Shown one piece after another: positions 1 through 10,240 of a stretch of 64,000 nucleotides of DNA. The DNA lies in IMG/VR virus record IMGVR_UViG_3300009545_000018, positions 383,764 to 447,763 of that record, one strand, 5' to 3'. Position numbers and translations under genes: made by a program. Within the stretch, counting starts at the first letter, position 1, and each line of letters starts with the position of its first letter. The notes beneath the pieces are model-generated. The model saw only the letters and a list, made by a program, of their open reading frames with translations, was not told the origin of the DNA and made no database searches.

Positions 1-2
1 TC

Positions 3-467
3 TTTTCGTCTTCTTTTTGTTCTATTTATTGGCTCAAAAAACGCGGACTAATGCCTGGACTTGGATTCTCCAATGAACTAATTTCTAGAGATGAAGGTAT
101 GCATACTGATTTTGCTTGCTTATTATACTCTTCATCCGATAACAAATTATCAATTGAACGTATTTATGAAATTCTAACTGAAGCTGTCAATATTGAATGT
201 GAATTTGCAACTGAATCTTTACCTGTAGAATTAATTGGGATGAATAGTAAGCTTATGTCGCAATATATAAAATTTGTTGCAGATAGATTATTAATATCTC
301 TTGGGTATAATAAGCTCTACAACAGTGCAAATCCATTTGATTTTATGGAAATGATTTCTTTACAAAATAAAGCTAATTTTTTCGAAAAGCGAGTGGCAGA
401 ATATCGTAAGTCTGGTGTGGGCAATTCGGCAACCCAAAATACAATTTCATTTGATGCAGATTTTTAA
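3..467 (+). CDS. nrdB: Ribonucleotide reductase class Ia small (beta) subunit, 5'-truncated by window edge
   Basis: Frame is open upstream of ORF 51 ([20 protein letters not shown]); [12 protein letters not shown] iron-ligand motif; [10 protein letters not shown]; C-terminal FDADF. Confidence 0.95.
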   Translation, partial: FSSSFCSIYWLKKRGLMPGLGFSNELISRDEGMHTDFACLLYSSSDNKLSIERIYEILTEAVNIECEFATESLPVELIGMNSKLMSQYIKFVADRLLISLGYNKLYNSANPFDFMEMISLQNKANFFEKRVAEYRKSGVGNSATQNTISFDADF

Positions 468-476
468 TGAGGAACG

Positions 477-2876
477 ATGTTTGTAGTAAAAAGAGATGGA
501 AGAAAAGAACAAGTAAAGTTAGATAAAATTTCAAAAAGATTATCTACTGCGTGTAAAGGTTTAAAAAACACAGATCCACTTATTGTTGCACAAAAAGTTA
601 TTAATGGATTATATGATGGAGTTTCTACAGAAGAACTGGATAAGTTAGCTTGTGAAACAGCCTATGCTATGTCTGTAAAACATCCTGAATATGATACGCT
701 TGCAACCAGACTAGTTATATCAAATTTACATAAACAAACGCCATCTACTTTTGTTGAAGTAATTGAAAAACTTAATTCTACAATTGATGTATGGGGAAAT
801 TCAAAATCTCTAATATCAGATAAGGTTTATAAATTTGTAAAAAAATATGGTCATGTATTAGATTCTACCATTGATTATAGTAGAGATTATTTATTTGATT
901 ATTTCGGTTATAAAACATTAGAAAGGTCATATCTATTAAAAATCTATGATAAAAATGATTCTGGAAAAATTACTAAAAGGATCATTGAGCGTCCCCAACA
1001 TATGTGGATGCGTGTAGCAATTGGAATTCACTCAGATGATGTCGAAGCTGCAATTAATACTTATCACTTACTTTCTACTAAAAAAGCAACACATGCTACT
1101 CCAACATTATTTAACTCAGGCTTAGTTAAGAACCAATTAAGTTCTTGCTTCTTGATTGCAATGAAAGATGATAGTATTAGTGGAATTTATGATACACTAA
1201 CAGAATGCGCTTTAATTTCTCAATCTTCTGGTGGAATTGGAGTTCATTTTCATGATATTAGATCTAAAGGATCGCCAATTTATGGGACAGGTGGTGTAAG
1301 TAATGGCATTGTGCCCATGTTAAGAAATTTTAATGAAACTGCCCGCTACGTTGACCAAGGTGGCGGACGTCGAAAAGGTTCTTTTGCCATGTATTTAGAG
1401 CCATGGCATGCTGATGTTTTTGATTTTTTAGATTTACGTAAAAATACTGGCAAAGAAGAATTACGTTGTAGAGATTTAAATTTGGCTTTGTGGGTACCAG
1501 ATCTTTTTTTTAAAAGAGTAGAAGAAGATGGAAATTGGACCTTAATGGATCCTAATAAATGCAAAGGATTATCAGATTTATATGGAATAGCATTTGAAGA
1601 TCAATATTTAAAATATGAAGCATCTAATTTTGGAGAACGAACAATCAAAGCAAGAGAATTGTGGTCTGCTATTGTGGAGTCTCAAATTGAAACTGGACAA
1701 CCTTATATTTTAGCCAAAGATGCATGCAATAATAAATCTAATCAAAAAAATCTAGGAACTATTAAATCAAGCAATTTGTGTGCAGAAATTATTGAACATA
1801 CAGATAAAGATCATACAGCTGTATGTAATTTGGCTAGCATCTCTCTTCCATCTTGTGTTGAAGGTAAAAAATATAAAAAGACATTTAATTTTGATAAGTT
1901 ATATGAGATTACTAAAACATTAACGGAAAATCTTAACAAAATTATTGATACAGAATATTATCCAGTTGAAACAGCTAAAAGATCTAATTTAAAAGACAGA
2001 CCTATTGGAATTGGTATTCAAGGATTAGCAGATGTATTTGCATTAATGAGATATTCGTGGGAAAGCGAATCTGCAACAAATTTAAATAAACAAATTGCGG
2101 AAACTATTTACTATGCTTTTTTAGAAACATCATGTGACCTTGCAAAAGCAGAAAAACCATATTCTTCTTATGAAAATTCCCCAGTAAGTAAAGGAATTTT
2201 ACAATTTGAAGAATGGAATGTTAAACCGTCTGATTTATGGGACTGGGCATCTCTTAAGAAAAAAATTAAAAAATATGGTGTTAGAAATTCTTTAGGTATT
2301 GCATTGATGCCTACAGCCTCAACTTCCCAGATTCTTGGAAACACAGAATGCTTTGAGCCCATTACTAGTAATATATATAAAAGATCCACTTTATCTGGAG
2401 AGTTCATTCAAGTTAACAAATATTTAGTTGATGATTTAATTGAACAAGGTTTATGGACAGAAGATTTAAGGCAAAAAATTATCTCTAATAATGGTTCTAT
2501 TCAAAATATTGATGAGATACCAAATGAAATTAAAAATTTATATAAAACTGTTTGGGAACTATCGCAAAAGATTATTATAAATATGGCAGCTGATCGTGGA
2601 CCATATGTTTGTCAGTCGCAAAGTATGAATCTTTATATTAAGGATCCCAATGCCGCCAAATTAACTAGTGCTATTTTTCTTGCCTGGAAGAGGGGCTTGA
2701 AAACTTTGGTATATTACATGAGAACTAATGCGGCTAAAGATGCTATTAAAATAACTGTTGAAAAAGAAATTGAAAATAATTCAATTTCTATTACTAATGA
2801 AGAGGTGTTAAATAATGAGGAAAGAATTGCTTGTTCTTTGGATAATCCAGAGGCTTGTGAGATGTGTGGAAGCTAA
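477..2876 (+). CDS. nrdA: Ribonucleotide reductase class Ia large (alpha) subunit with N-terminal ATP cone
   Basis: VVKRDG ATP cone, TPTLFN, SSCF, SNLCAEI, CNLAS, MPTASTSQI, C-terminal CEMC. Confidence 0.97.
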   Translation: MFVVKRDGRKEQVKLDKISKRLSTACKGLKNTDPLIVAQKVINGLYDGVSTEELDKLACETAYAMSVKHPEYDTLATRLVISNLHKQTPSTFVEVIEKLNSTIDVWGNSKSLISDKVYKFVKKYGHVLDSTIDYSRDYLFDYFGYKTLERSYLLKIYDKNDSGKITKRIIERPQHMWMRVAIGIHSDDVEAAINTYHLLSTKKATHATPTLFNSGLVKNQLSSCFLIAMKDDSISGIYDTLTECALISQSSGGIGVHFHDIRSKGSPIYGTGGVSNGIVPMLRNFNETARYVDQGGGRRKGSFAMYLEPWHADVFDFLDLRKNTGKEELRCRDLNLALWVPDLFFKRVEEDGNWTLMDPNKCKGLSDLYGIAFEDQYLKYEASNFGERTIKARELWSAIVESQIETGQPYILAKDACNNKSNQKNLGTIKSSNLCAEIIEHTDKDHTAVCNLASISLPSCVEGKKYKKTFNFDKLYEITKTLTENLNKIIDTEYYPVETAKRSNLKDRPIGIGIQGLADVFALMRYSWESESATNLNKQIAETIYYAFLETSCDLAKAEKPYSSYENSPVSKGILQFEEWNVKPSDLWDWASLKKKIKKYGVRNSLGIALMPTASTSQILGNTECFEPITSNIYKRSTLSGEFIQVNKYLVDDLIEQGLWTEDLRQKIISNNGSIQNIDEIPNEIKNLYKTVWELSQKIIINMAADRGPYVCQSQSMNLYIKDPNAAKLTSAIFLAWKRGLKTLVYYMRTNAAKDAIKITVEKEIENNSISITNEEVLNNEERIACSLDNPEACEMCGS

Positions 2877-2917
2877 ATATATTTATATCAATTAACTGAT
2901 ATTGTAATTGAAAGGTT

Positions 2918-3283
2918 ATGAAAGGTACAATACTGCTTAATTATGACGCCAATGTCAAACAAGTAGAAGAAGAAGAGCAAATGCGTTTTCTTTATAGCTT
3001 ACTTGAATCGATGGGCGTTCCTATCCAAGATTTTTGGATGGGTGAAAATTCATTATCCGTAATTCAGAAAATTAAACTTAGAAACCTTCTGCATTTATAC
3101 AATATCAAATTAGTTGATGATCGTGATGGTCACCTAGAAGTATACTGTGAAAATGAGAAAATTGCAGAGTGGCATAAGTGTACCTATAAGATCAAAAAGG
3201 ATCTACAAGAATTAGATCCAAGAAAACAATTATATTTAGAAATGTCTGTAGATTGTTTTAGTGTATTTGATGAAAATGAGTAA
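2918..3283 (+). CDS. Hypothetical protein
   Basis: 121 aa ORF with GAAAGG upstream. Confidence 0.7.
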   Translation: MKGTILLNYDANVKQVEEEEQMRFLYSLLESMGVPIQDFWMGENSLSVIQKIKLRNLLHLYNIKLVDDRDGHLEVYCENEKIAEWHKCTYKIKKDLQELDPRKQLYLEMSVDCFSVFDENE

Positions 3284-3389
3284 TAAAATAACTACAAAAA
3301 TTTTTATTGAAAGAGAAAATTTTCTTAAATCTTCTGGATTTAATTTTGTAAGTATCTGGGAAGATGATTACAAAAAAGGTAATGAATGA
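3276..3389 (+). pseudogene. Internally deleted endonuclease remnant (Vsr/DUF559-like C-terminus)
   Basis: Mini-ORF MSNKITTKIFIERENFLKSSGFNFVSIWEDDYKKGNE; the RE..L...G.N.V.IWE.D pattern resembles Vsr-like phage nucleases. Confidence 0.4.
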
Positions 3390-4693
3390 AAAAATATATA
3401 CTAGATACTTCAACGTTAATTTCTGATCCACAAAGCTTTAAATTTTATCAAGATAGTGAAGTTATCATTCCAATTACTGTGCTTAATGAATTAGATAAAT
3501 TAAAAAAACAACCAGGAGAAGCTGGAAGAAATGCTAGAGTTTCCATTAAACTTATTGATGAAATAAGTTTATTAGGGGATATAAGTACGGGTGTGTTAAT
3601 TGATAATAATATTTTAATTAAAGTAGATGCTACCTATTATGATATAAAAAATGATCCAAAATTTTTGGGGTTTGGTGACCCGACATATGGTGATACTCAG
3701 ATTTTAGCATCTCTTTATACTCATTTTCTTGAGTTTATAAATGATGATGTTATTCTAATTAGTAATGATATTAATTTAAGAATTAAAGCAAAAGCCCGAG
3801 GCATTGATGCATGTGGTTATGAAGGAAATAAATTTTCCATTTCTGACTTATATTCTGGTAATCAATCATTTGTAGATGAAGGAACTGGTAATTTTTTATT
3901 AAAAAATGGATTTATTGATCCTGAAGTTTTTGGTTTAGAATTAAATCAAAATGAGTTTGTAAGTTTCGAAACTAAAAATAATGATTTAATTTCTTTTGGT
4001 AGAAAAATTGATGTTAATAGAGTAGAATTAGTTAAAAAAGTTTATCCCTGGGGAATTACTCCTAAAAATAAAGAACAAGCCTATTCTATAGATTTAATTA
4101 TGGATCCAAATATAGATCTTGTAACTTTAATTGGTAAAGCTGGTACTGGTAAAAGTTTAATGGTGCTGGCAAGTGCTTTGCAATTAGTTTTAAGTAAAAA
4201 ATATTATGAAAAATTTGTTATCTATCGACCAATACAACCAGTAGGTAATGATATTGGATTTTTGCCTGGAACTTTAGAAGAAAAATTAAGTCCTTGGTTT
4301 CAAGCAATTATGGATAACTTTGAGTTTTTATTAGGTGCCAAAAATCGTGAATGGAAAAAAGATTTTGAAATGTGGCAAAAAAAGGGATTAATAGAAATGG
4401 AAGCTATAACTTACATTCGAGGTAGAAGTATTCCTAATTCTATTATTCTTGTAGATGAATGTCAAAATTTATCAAAAGAAGAAGTTAAAACTATTCTCAC
4501 TAGAGCTGGAGAAAACACTAAAATAATATTAACAGGCGATCTTGATCAAATTGATAGATCTGATTTAGATGCAACTAACAATGGATTAATATATGTTATA
4601 GAAAAACTAAAAAACTCTGGTATTTCTGGGCATGTAACCCTAACAAAAGGTGAACGTAGTAAATTAGCTACAATAGCATCAGAATTATTATGA
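3386..4693 (+). CDS. phoH: PIN-domain PhoH family ATPase (PhoH2/YlaK-like)
   Basis: N-terminal YILDTS PIN motif, GKAGTGKS Walker A, IGFLPG, YIRGRS, DECQN, GDLDQID. Confidence 0.93.
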   Translation: MKKYILDTSTLISDPQSFKFYQDSEVIIPITVLNELDKLKKQPGEAGRNARVSIKLIDEISLLGDISTGVLIDNNILIKVDATYYDIKNDPKFLGFGDPTYGDTQILASLYTHFLEFINDDVILISNDINLRIKAKARGIDACGYEGNKFSISDLYSGNQSFVDEGTGNFLLKNGFIDPEVFGLELNQNEFVSFETKNNDLISFGRKIDVNRVELVKKVYPWGITPKNKEQAYSIDLIMDPNIDLVTLIGKAGTGKSLMVLASALQLVLSKKYYEKFVIYRPIQPVGNDIGFLPGTLEEKLSPWFQAIMDNFEFLLGAKNREWKKDFEMWQKKGLIEMEAITYIRGRSIPNSIILVDECQNLSKEEVKTILTRAGENTKIILTGDLDQIDRSDLDATNNGLIYVIEKLKNSGISGHVTLTKGERSKLATIASELL

Positions 4694-4854
4694 TAATATC
4701 AATACCTAATTCTCTTTTACAAACCGAACAAAATATTGAAAAATTTAAAGCTGCCCGTGAATTTGTTAAAATGTCTGATATAGATGAATTTGTTATTATA
4801 ACGGAAAATCATTTAAATAATGATATGTTAAATATATTTTGTAAGGCGTTATGA
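4690..4854 (+). pseudogene. Possible endonuclease remnant (TnsA/T4 gp4-like C-terminus)
   Basis: 54 aa ORF with N..KFKAAREF.....F.IITE..L; ATGA overlaps at both ends. Confidence 0.3.
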
Positions 4855-5204
4855 GCATTCAAATAGGGCTTGGCACACAAATAGGACCTAACGTACAAAT
4901 AGGGACTTATTCTCAAAAGTCTAGTATTATTGATAATAAAGGTGTTGAAATGAGTGAAGAAAATAAAAAGACAAAATTAGATGAAGTAGATCGTTTAGTT
5001 CTTGAGTTGGCAAAATCCCAAAGACAAGTTTCTTTAGCGGATGCTAAGACAGCTCTAGCCAATAATGAAAAATCAGAATTACAATATAAATATGTTGTAC
5101 TTCAAATTTATATGAAATATAATTTAACTGAAAATGATTCCATAACTGAATCTGGTGATATTAATTATGGTGGAGCTATAACTCAACAAGAAAATAAGGC
5201 GTAA
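4851..5204 (+). CDS. Hypothetical protein (start may be 4950)
   Basis: ORF track; helical composition. Confidence 0.6.
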   Translation: MSIQIGLGTQIGPNVQIGTYSQKSSIIDNKGVEMSEENKKTKLDEVDRLVLELAKSQRQVSLADAKTALANNEKSELQYKYVVLQIYMKYNLTENDSITESGDINYGGAITQQENKA

Positions 5205-5407
5205 TTATATGACCGCCGAATTGTCCAGTGAGATATCTAATTTAATTGTTATTCGCAATTATATTGATACTAATATAAATAGCGATACCATTTCTAGAGA
5301 AGAAGTAAATCAATTATATATTATAATGAAGAAAATAGATCGTAAAATAATTGATTTACTTCTATCTAAAGATCTGAAAATATAATTCTACATTAAGGTA
5401 AGTTACA

Positions 5408-6217
5408 ATGAGAATTCAAACTAAAAATACTTTTAGTGATAATTGTATTATTAATTTAAAAAATGATGACTGGTTACATAAACAAAGAGTGGCTGGTAAA
5501 GTTGTAGCAAAAACTCTAACATTTCTTAAAAACGAGGTTGCTAATAAAACAACCTCTACAATGTTAGATCTAAATGCTTTAGCGGAAGAAATAATTATTT
5601 CTTCCGGATGTACTCCAACCTTTAAAAATTATAAAGGATTTCCATCTGGCGTTTGTATTTCCATTAATAAACAATTAGTCCATGGAATTCCAACTGATTA
5701 TAAATTACAAGAAGGTGATGTAGTAAGTTTTGATCTAGGGGCAACTTACCAAGGTGCTATAGCAGATAGTGCAATAACTTGTATTTATGGTGAACCTAAG
5801 TCATTAGATCATGTTCGTTTAATTGAAGCAACTGAAGAATCTCTAATGAAAGGCATAGAGTCTATTAAAGTAGGCAATAGATTGGGTTGTATTGGTAGCG
5901 CCATTTCTAAATGTGCTAAATATCATGGATTTGGTTTAGTATCTAATTATGGTGGTCATGGATTAGATTGGGATGTTCCTCATGCTGCGCCCTTTGTTGC
6001 TAATAAATCTGAAATAAATGAAGGTATTAGAATAGCAGCAGGATTATCAATTGCTATTGAACCTATGTTAACAATTGGTAGCCCAACAACTAAGGTGTTA
6101 GATGATGGTTGGACTGTAGTTACTGATAATATTGGATCTCATTTTGAACACTCTGTTTATGTTCATGAAGATTATGTAGAAATTATTACAGACAGAACAC
6201 AATACAAGATGGCTTAA
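5408..6217 (+). CDS. map: Methionine aminopeptidase type I
   Basis: CISINxxLVHGIP, GDVVSFDLG, ADSAIT, GHGL, AIEPM, HFEHSV. Confidence 0.95.
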   Translation: MRIQTKNTFSDNCIINLKNDDWLHKQRVAGKVVAKTLTFLKNEVANKTTSTMLDLNALAEEIIISSGCTPTFKNYKGFPSGVCISINKQLVHGIPTDYKLQEGDVVSFDLGATYQGAIADSAITCIYGEPKSLDHVRLIEATEESLMKGIESIKVGNRLGCIGSAISKCAKYHGFGLVSNYGGHGLDWDVPHAAPFVANKSEINEGIRIAAGLSIAIEPMLTIGSPTTKVLDDGWTVVTDNIGSHFEHSVYVHEDYVEIITDRTQYKMA

Positions 6218-6220
6218 ATT

Positions 6221-6472
6221 ATGACATTACATGCCACTGAATATGAAAAACAAAAAATTAATAAAATGGTTACAGAAATAGCCAAAATGTCTTTGTCTGA
6301 ATGGCAATCTTTTAAAAAACTTTTTAAATACAAAGGATTGCGTGCAGTTGAAATACATATTAATACTAGTATTAAATATTCAAGTCATTATGTTGAATTT
6401 TTTTCTTATGATACAGTTGATAAATTTTGGGCAGATTTATACAAATTTAGGCATTTAAAAGCTTTCTTATAA
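6221..6472 (+). CDS. Small protein with shared C-terminal tail (HLKAFL)
   Basis: ORF track; tail matches the window-wide family. Confidence 0.7.
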   Translation: MTLHATEYEKQKINKMVTEIAKMSLSEWQSFKKLFKYKGLRAVEIHINTSIKYSSHYVEFFSYDTVDKFWADLYKFRHLKAFL

Positions 6473-6636
6473 TAAGGTTTACATGAAAATAGAATTTGAG
6501 GATAAATCTTACATTGAATGTAAAAAATCTTCTGACGGGAAGATAATTATAATTATTTCAGCAAAAGATCATAATAATGCTCTAAAAAAAATTACAAATG
6601 CTGTTGAGATATCTATTGATGATTTTAAAAGACTAA

Positions 6637-7017
6637 TTGAAGATGTTTAACGTTGAAGAATTTAATGATTATATAAAAAAGAATTATAATAAAAATATTA
6701 TATTTATATATAATGAACAAATACAAAATATAATAAATAATAATACAGTTTGTAATTGTGAAAATATTGAAAAGTTGATAATTAATGTTATGAAAAATGA
6801 GTTTTTTGTAGAAAACTTAGTTAATATTCCGGATTATAAACAGAGTTATGATGATTTTTTAAAAACTTTTACCCAATATAGTTATAATAGATTTAATTAT
6901 TTTTATTGTACACTAGCATCAACAAATAGTAGAGTAGTTGTTATTTTTCCACTTAAATATAGATCAGAATTTCATAAAAGATTGTCTAAAATAAATAATT
7001 TGAAAGTATTTTTATAA
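6637..7017 (+). CDS. Small protein with shared C-terminal tail (NLKVFL)
   Basis: ORF track; tail matches the family. Confidence 0.65.
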   Translation: MKMFNVEEFNDYIKKNYNKNIIFIYNEQIQNIINNNTVCNCENIEKLIINVMKNEFFVENLVNIPDYKQSYDDFLKTFTQYSYNRFNYFYCTLASTNSRVVVIFPLKYRSEFHKRLSKINNLKVFL

Positions 7018-7029
7018 TAAAGGATTAAT

Positions 7030-7581
7030 ATGAAAGTTTATTTTGTAGGATCACATTCAACGGGTAAAACAACTTGTGCTCGTTATATTTCTGAAACATA
7101 TCAGCTCCCAATGATTACTGAGGTTGCCAGAATGATTTTATCAGAAAAAGAGCTACAAATTGACTCTATGAGACATGATTTAAATTTAGTTGACGAATAT
7201 CAACAACAGATATTTTCTAGACAATTAGAAGAAGAATCTAAATATGTTTCATTTGTGTCTGATAGGAGCTTTGATCACTTAGCCTATGCTGCTCAACATA
7301 CAAGAATCCTATCTAAATTAATAAATTCTTCCGAGCTTCGGGACTACCTGACCACCTTGCAGGCGCCGGATTCTTTTATTTTCTTTGTACGTCCCTCTAA
7401 AGCCACCCTTAAAGATGATGGTGTAAGAGAAAGTTTGAGTTGGGATGGCGTAATTGCTATTGACTCTAAAATTCATTTATTATTAGAAATGTTTTCTTTA
7501 AGATATTTTCAAATTAATACTGATAATATGCAAGAAAGAGTTAGACTTATGGATTCTGTTTTAAGTCTTTCTAATGAATAA
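7030..7581 (+). CDS. P-loop NTPase / nucleotide kinase (NadR/AAA_28-like)
   Basis: GSHSTGKTT, EVAR, SDRS motifs; AAGGA SD. Confidence 0.75.
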   Translation: MKVYFVGSHSTGKTTCARYISETYQLPMITEVARMILSEKELQIDSMRHDLNLVDEYQQQIFSRQLEEESKYVSFVSDRSFDHLAYAAQHTRILSKLINSSELRDYLTTLQAPDSFIFFVRPSKATLKDDGVRESLSWDGVIAIDSKIHLLLEMFSLRYFQINTDNMQERVRLMDSVLSLSNE

Positions 7582-7865
7582 TTTATTATATTAAATATGA
7601 GCAAATCTATATTTATAACCGGATATCTCAAATGGGATGGCAAAAAATATATTATTAGAAATAATACTGAAAATATAGATGGAGAAATTACTGTTACATT
7701 AGATGATGAAAAAGTTGTATATTTTGTAAATGGAAAATGTAAAATTGTAAATAAAAATTAAAATATACGTCTTTTTACTATAAATCCTGATTATTTAAAA
7801 TATATGTAAGCTGCCTGCTAAAATTATCATATAATATTAGTACTTAATGTTATGGTGGGTAATTA

Positions 7866-9473
7866 ATGGCAGATTGTTCAGACGCAATTAACGCACTAGT
7901 AGAAGCTGTAGAAGCTATTGAATTTGAATTGGGAGTTACCCCAAGTACAGTCTATGCAAATGTTAGAGCTAGATTAGATATTCTAGAGGCTCGTATAAAT
8001 AATCCATTTGCTCCAGCTCCAGATGTGGAAAATCCATTTTTTATTGGAAATACTGGTGTTACCATTAGAGTTGGAGATGGTTATCCTGGACCTGCTGATG
8101 CGCCTGGTTCTTTATACTTAAGAACTGATGGATATGGTGGGCTTGGTGGTCTTTTCACCAGAGGAGCTGATAATTTATGGTGGGAAATAGGAGCTGGAGG
8201 TGGAGGTGGTGGAGGTGGGGGCGCGCCTTCAGGTCCTGCTGGAGGTGATTTAACTGGCACTTACCCTAATCCTACTATTCAGCTGAATACTATAACATTT
8301 GCTAAAATGCAAACTATAGCTACTGATAGCTTATTAGGCAGAGATACTACAGGTACTGGCAACATTGAGAATATTTTATTAAATACCACATTATCAATGG
8401 ATGGATCTGGTAATTTACAGAGATCTGCATTAACTGGCGATGTAACTGCTTCTGCAGGATCAAATACTACTACAATTGTTAGTGATGCAATTACCACTTC
8501 GAAAATTTTAAATTCAAATGTAACATTTGCTAAAATGCAAACTATAGCTACTGATAGCTTATTAGGTAGAGATACTGCAGGTACTGGTAACGTTGAGAAT
8601 ATATTGTTGAATACTACTTTAAGTATGGATGGGTCCGGCAATCTACAACGTTCTGCTATTTCTGGAGATATTACTATTGCAGCAGGATCTAATACTGCAG
8701 ACATTTCTTCTAATGTTATTGTAAATGCTGATATTAATTCTTCTGCCGCCATTGATTTTAGCAAATTAGCCAATATAGCTACTGATAGTTTATTGGGTAG
8801 AGATACTGCAGGTACTGGAGTTTTAGAGACCATTGGTATTAATAGTACTTTAATTATGAATGGTTCACAAGTTTTGGGTAGAGCAGCTATTAGTGGTGAT
8901 GTAACTATTGCTACAGGATCTAATTCTGCCACAGTAACAGATTTAACTATTACCTCAGAACAACAAGGTTCCATATTATATAACAATGGAAGTAATTGGG
9001 TACAATTATCACCAGCAACTGATGGTTATGTATTAACTACACACTCAACTGGAAATAATCCTACTTGGGCTACTCCATATGCAACAATAACAACTTTACC
9101 AACTGGCTCTCAAAATGTAGAAGTAGATTTTTTGCCCTCTACAATTGCTAGCGGAACTGTTAATACAGGAGGTAACGTTACATATGATGTAGCTTTGACT
9201 AGTGGTAAACGTTATATTATATCTTCTGATGTTTATGTAGATAACGGCTCTGGCGGATGTGCATATCAAAAGGGTTTAAGAATTACGGCACATAATACAA
9301 GTGGAACAGCTACCATTGACATAAATGCAACATTGGGAGACAATGGAGGTTCTGGATTTACCTTTACAGCAGCTATTTCTACTACAAATGTTAGATTTAC
9401 TCTGGCTAACACATCTGGTTCAAATAGAAATTATAATATAATTATTTCTAGAGTAATATTGGATAGACCATGA
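7866..9473 (+). CDS. Putative virion fibre protein with internal repeats
   Basis: Gly/Thr-rich; repeated [15 protein letters not shown]; [12 protein letters not shown]; N-terminal ELGVxPSxVY anchor shared with ORF 15544. Confidence 0.7.
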   Translation: MADCSDAINALVEAVEAIEFELGVTPSTVYANVRARLDILEARINNPFAPAPDVENPFFIGNTGVTIRVGDGYPGPADAPGSLYLRTDGYGGLGGLFTRGADNLWWEIGAGGGGGGGGGAPSGPAGGDLTGTYPNPTIQLNTITFAKMQTIATDSLLGRDTTGTGNIENILLNTTLSMDGSGNLQRSALTGDVTASAGSNTTTIVSDAITTSKILNSNVTFAKMQTIATDSLLGRDTAGTGNVENILLNTTLSMDGSGNLQRSAISGDITIAAGSNTADISSNVIVNADINSSAAIDFSKLANIATDSLLGRDTAGTGVLETIGINSTLIMNGSQVLGRAAISGDVTIATGSNSATVTDLTITSEQQGSILYNNGSNWVQLSPATDGYVLTTHSTGNNPTWATPYATITTLPTGSQNVEVDFLPSTIASGTVNTGGNVTYDVALTSGKRYIISSDVYVDNGSGGCAYQKGLRITAHNTSGTATIDINATLGDNGGSGFTFTAAISTTNVRFTLANTSGSNRNYNIIISRVILDRP

Positions 9474-10240
9474 TAACTGGACCTATGGGGATACGTGCAG
9501 TTGGTAATATTACATTTAATCCATTTTTAATTGGAGGCTTAGTAGGTTGGTTTGATATGCAAGACACCACTAAGTTTACTCAAAGTGGAGGCTTTGTTCA
9601 AAGTATTACTAACAAGGCAACATCAGTCACTTGGAATACAGCCAATACTGTTTTACCAACCTATAATGCTACTGGTATTAATTCTTTTCCAGCAATGTCT
9701 TTTAATGGATCTAGTCAAGGAATAAAATCAACAACCGATACTACTTTATTAAATGCTATTGGTGGAGATTTTGGCTATACTTTATTAGCTGTTATCAATA
9801 TGTCAAACATCTCCAATAGAATGTTTTTTGGAGTTGCTAATAGTGCATCAGCAAACGGATTTAAATGTTGGGGAGCTAATACTAATGGAAGTGTAAAGTG
9901 GTCTATTAATGGAAATACTACTGGTGGCACACAGGCAAATGTTTTCTCAACTGCCAATGCAGATTCCAATAATAATGTTTATGCTGCTTGGGCACCATCT
10001 ACTACCACAGCTTCTCTAAGAATAAATAATGGCTCCGAAGATCCTAGTGGAACTGCCGAATCAGTTGGAACTTTAACTTGTAATAATTTATGCATTGGAT
10101 GTAGACCACGTTCTACAAATGATCTTAAATGGCAAGGCTTTGTAGGAGAAATTATTATATATAATAATTCTTTATCTACAGCCGATATTACTGTATTAAC
10201 TAGATATTTAGGTAATAAGTGGAATATTTCTGTTTCATAA
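9470..10240 (+). CDS. LamG/concanavalin-like beta-sandwich virion protein
   Basis: GLVGWFD at N-terminus; GFVGEIIIYNxxLS...YLxxKW C-terminus typical of these domains. Confidence 0.6.
   Translation: MITGPMGIRAVGNITFNPFLIGGLVGWFDMQDTTKFTQSGGFVQSITNKATSVTWNTANTVLPTYNATGINSFPAMSFNGSSQGIKSTTDTTLLNAIGGDFGYTLLAVINMSNISNRMFFGVANSASANGFKCWGANTNGSVKWSINGNTTGGTQANVFSTANADSNNNVYAAWAPSTTTASLRINNGSEDPSGTAESVGTLTCNNLCIGCRPRSTNDLKWQGFVGEIIIYNNSLSTADITVLTRYLGNKWNISVS

Noticed and set aside
1-2876. Eukaryotic giant virus origin suggested by the RNR type, SET and papain
   Set aside because: SD sequences, bacterial IF-1, RF2 and MetAP, an M23 peptidase, lipoboxes, intrinsic terminators and operon overlaps indicate a bacteriophage.
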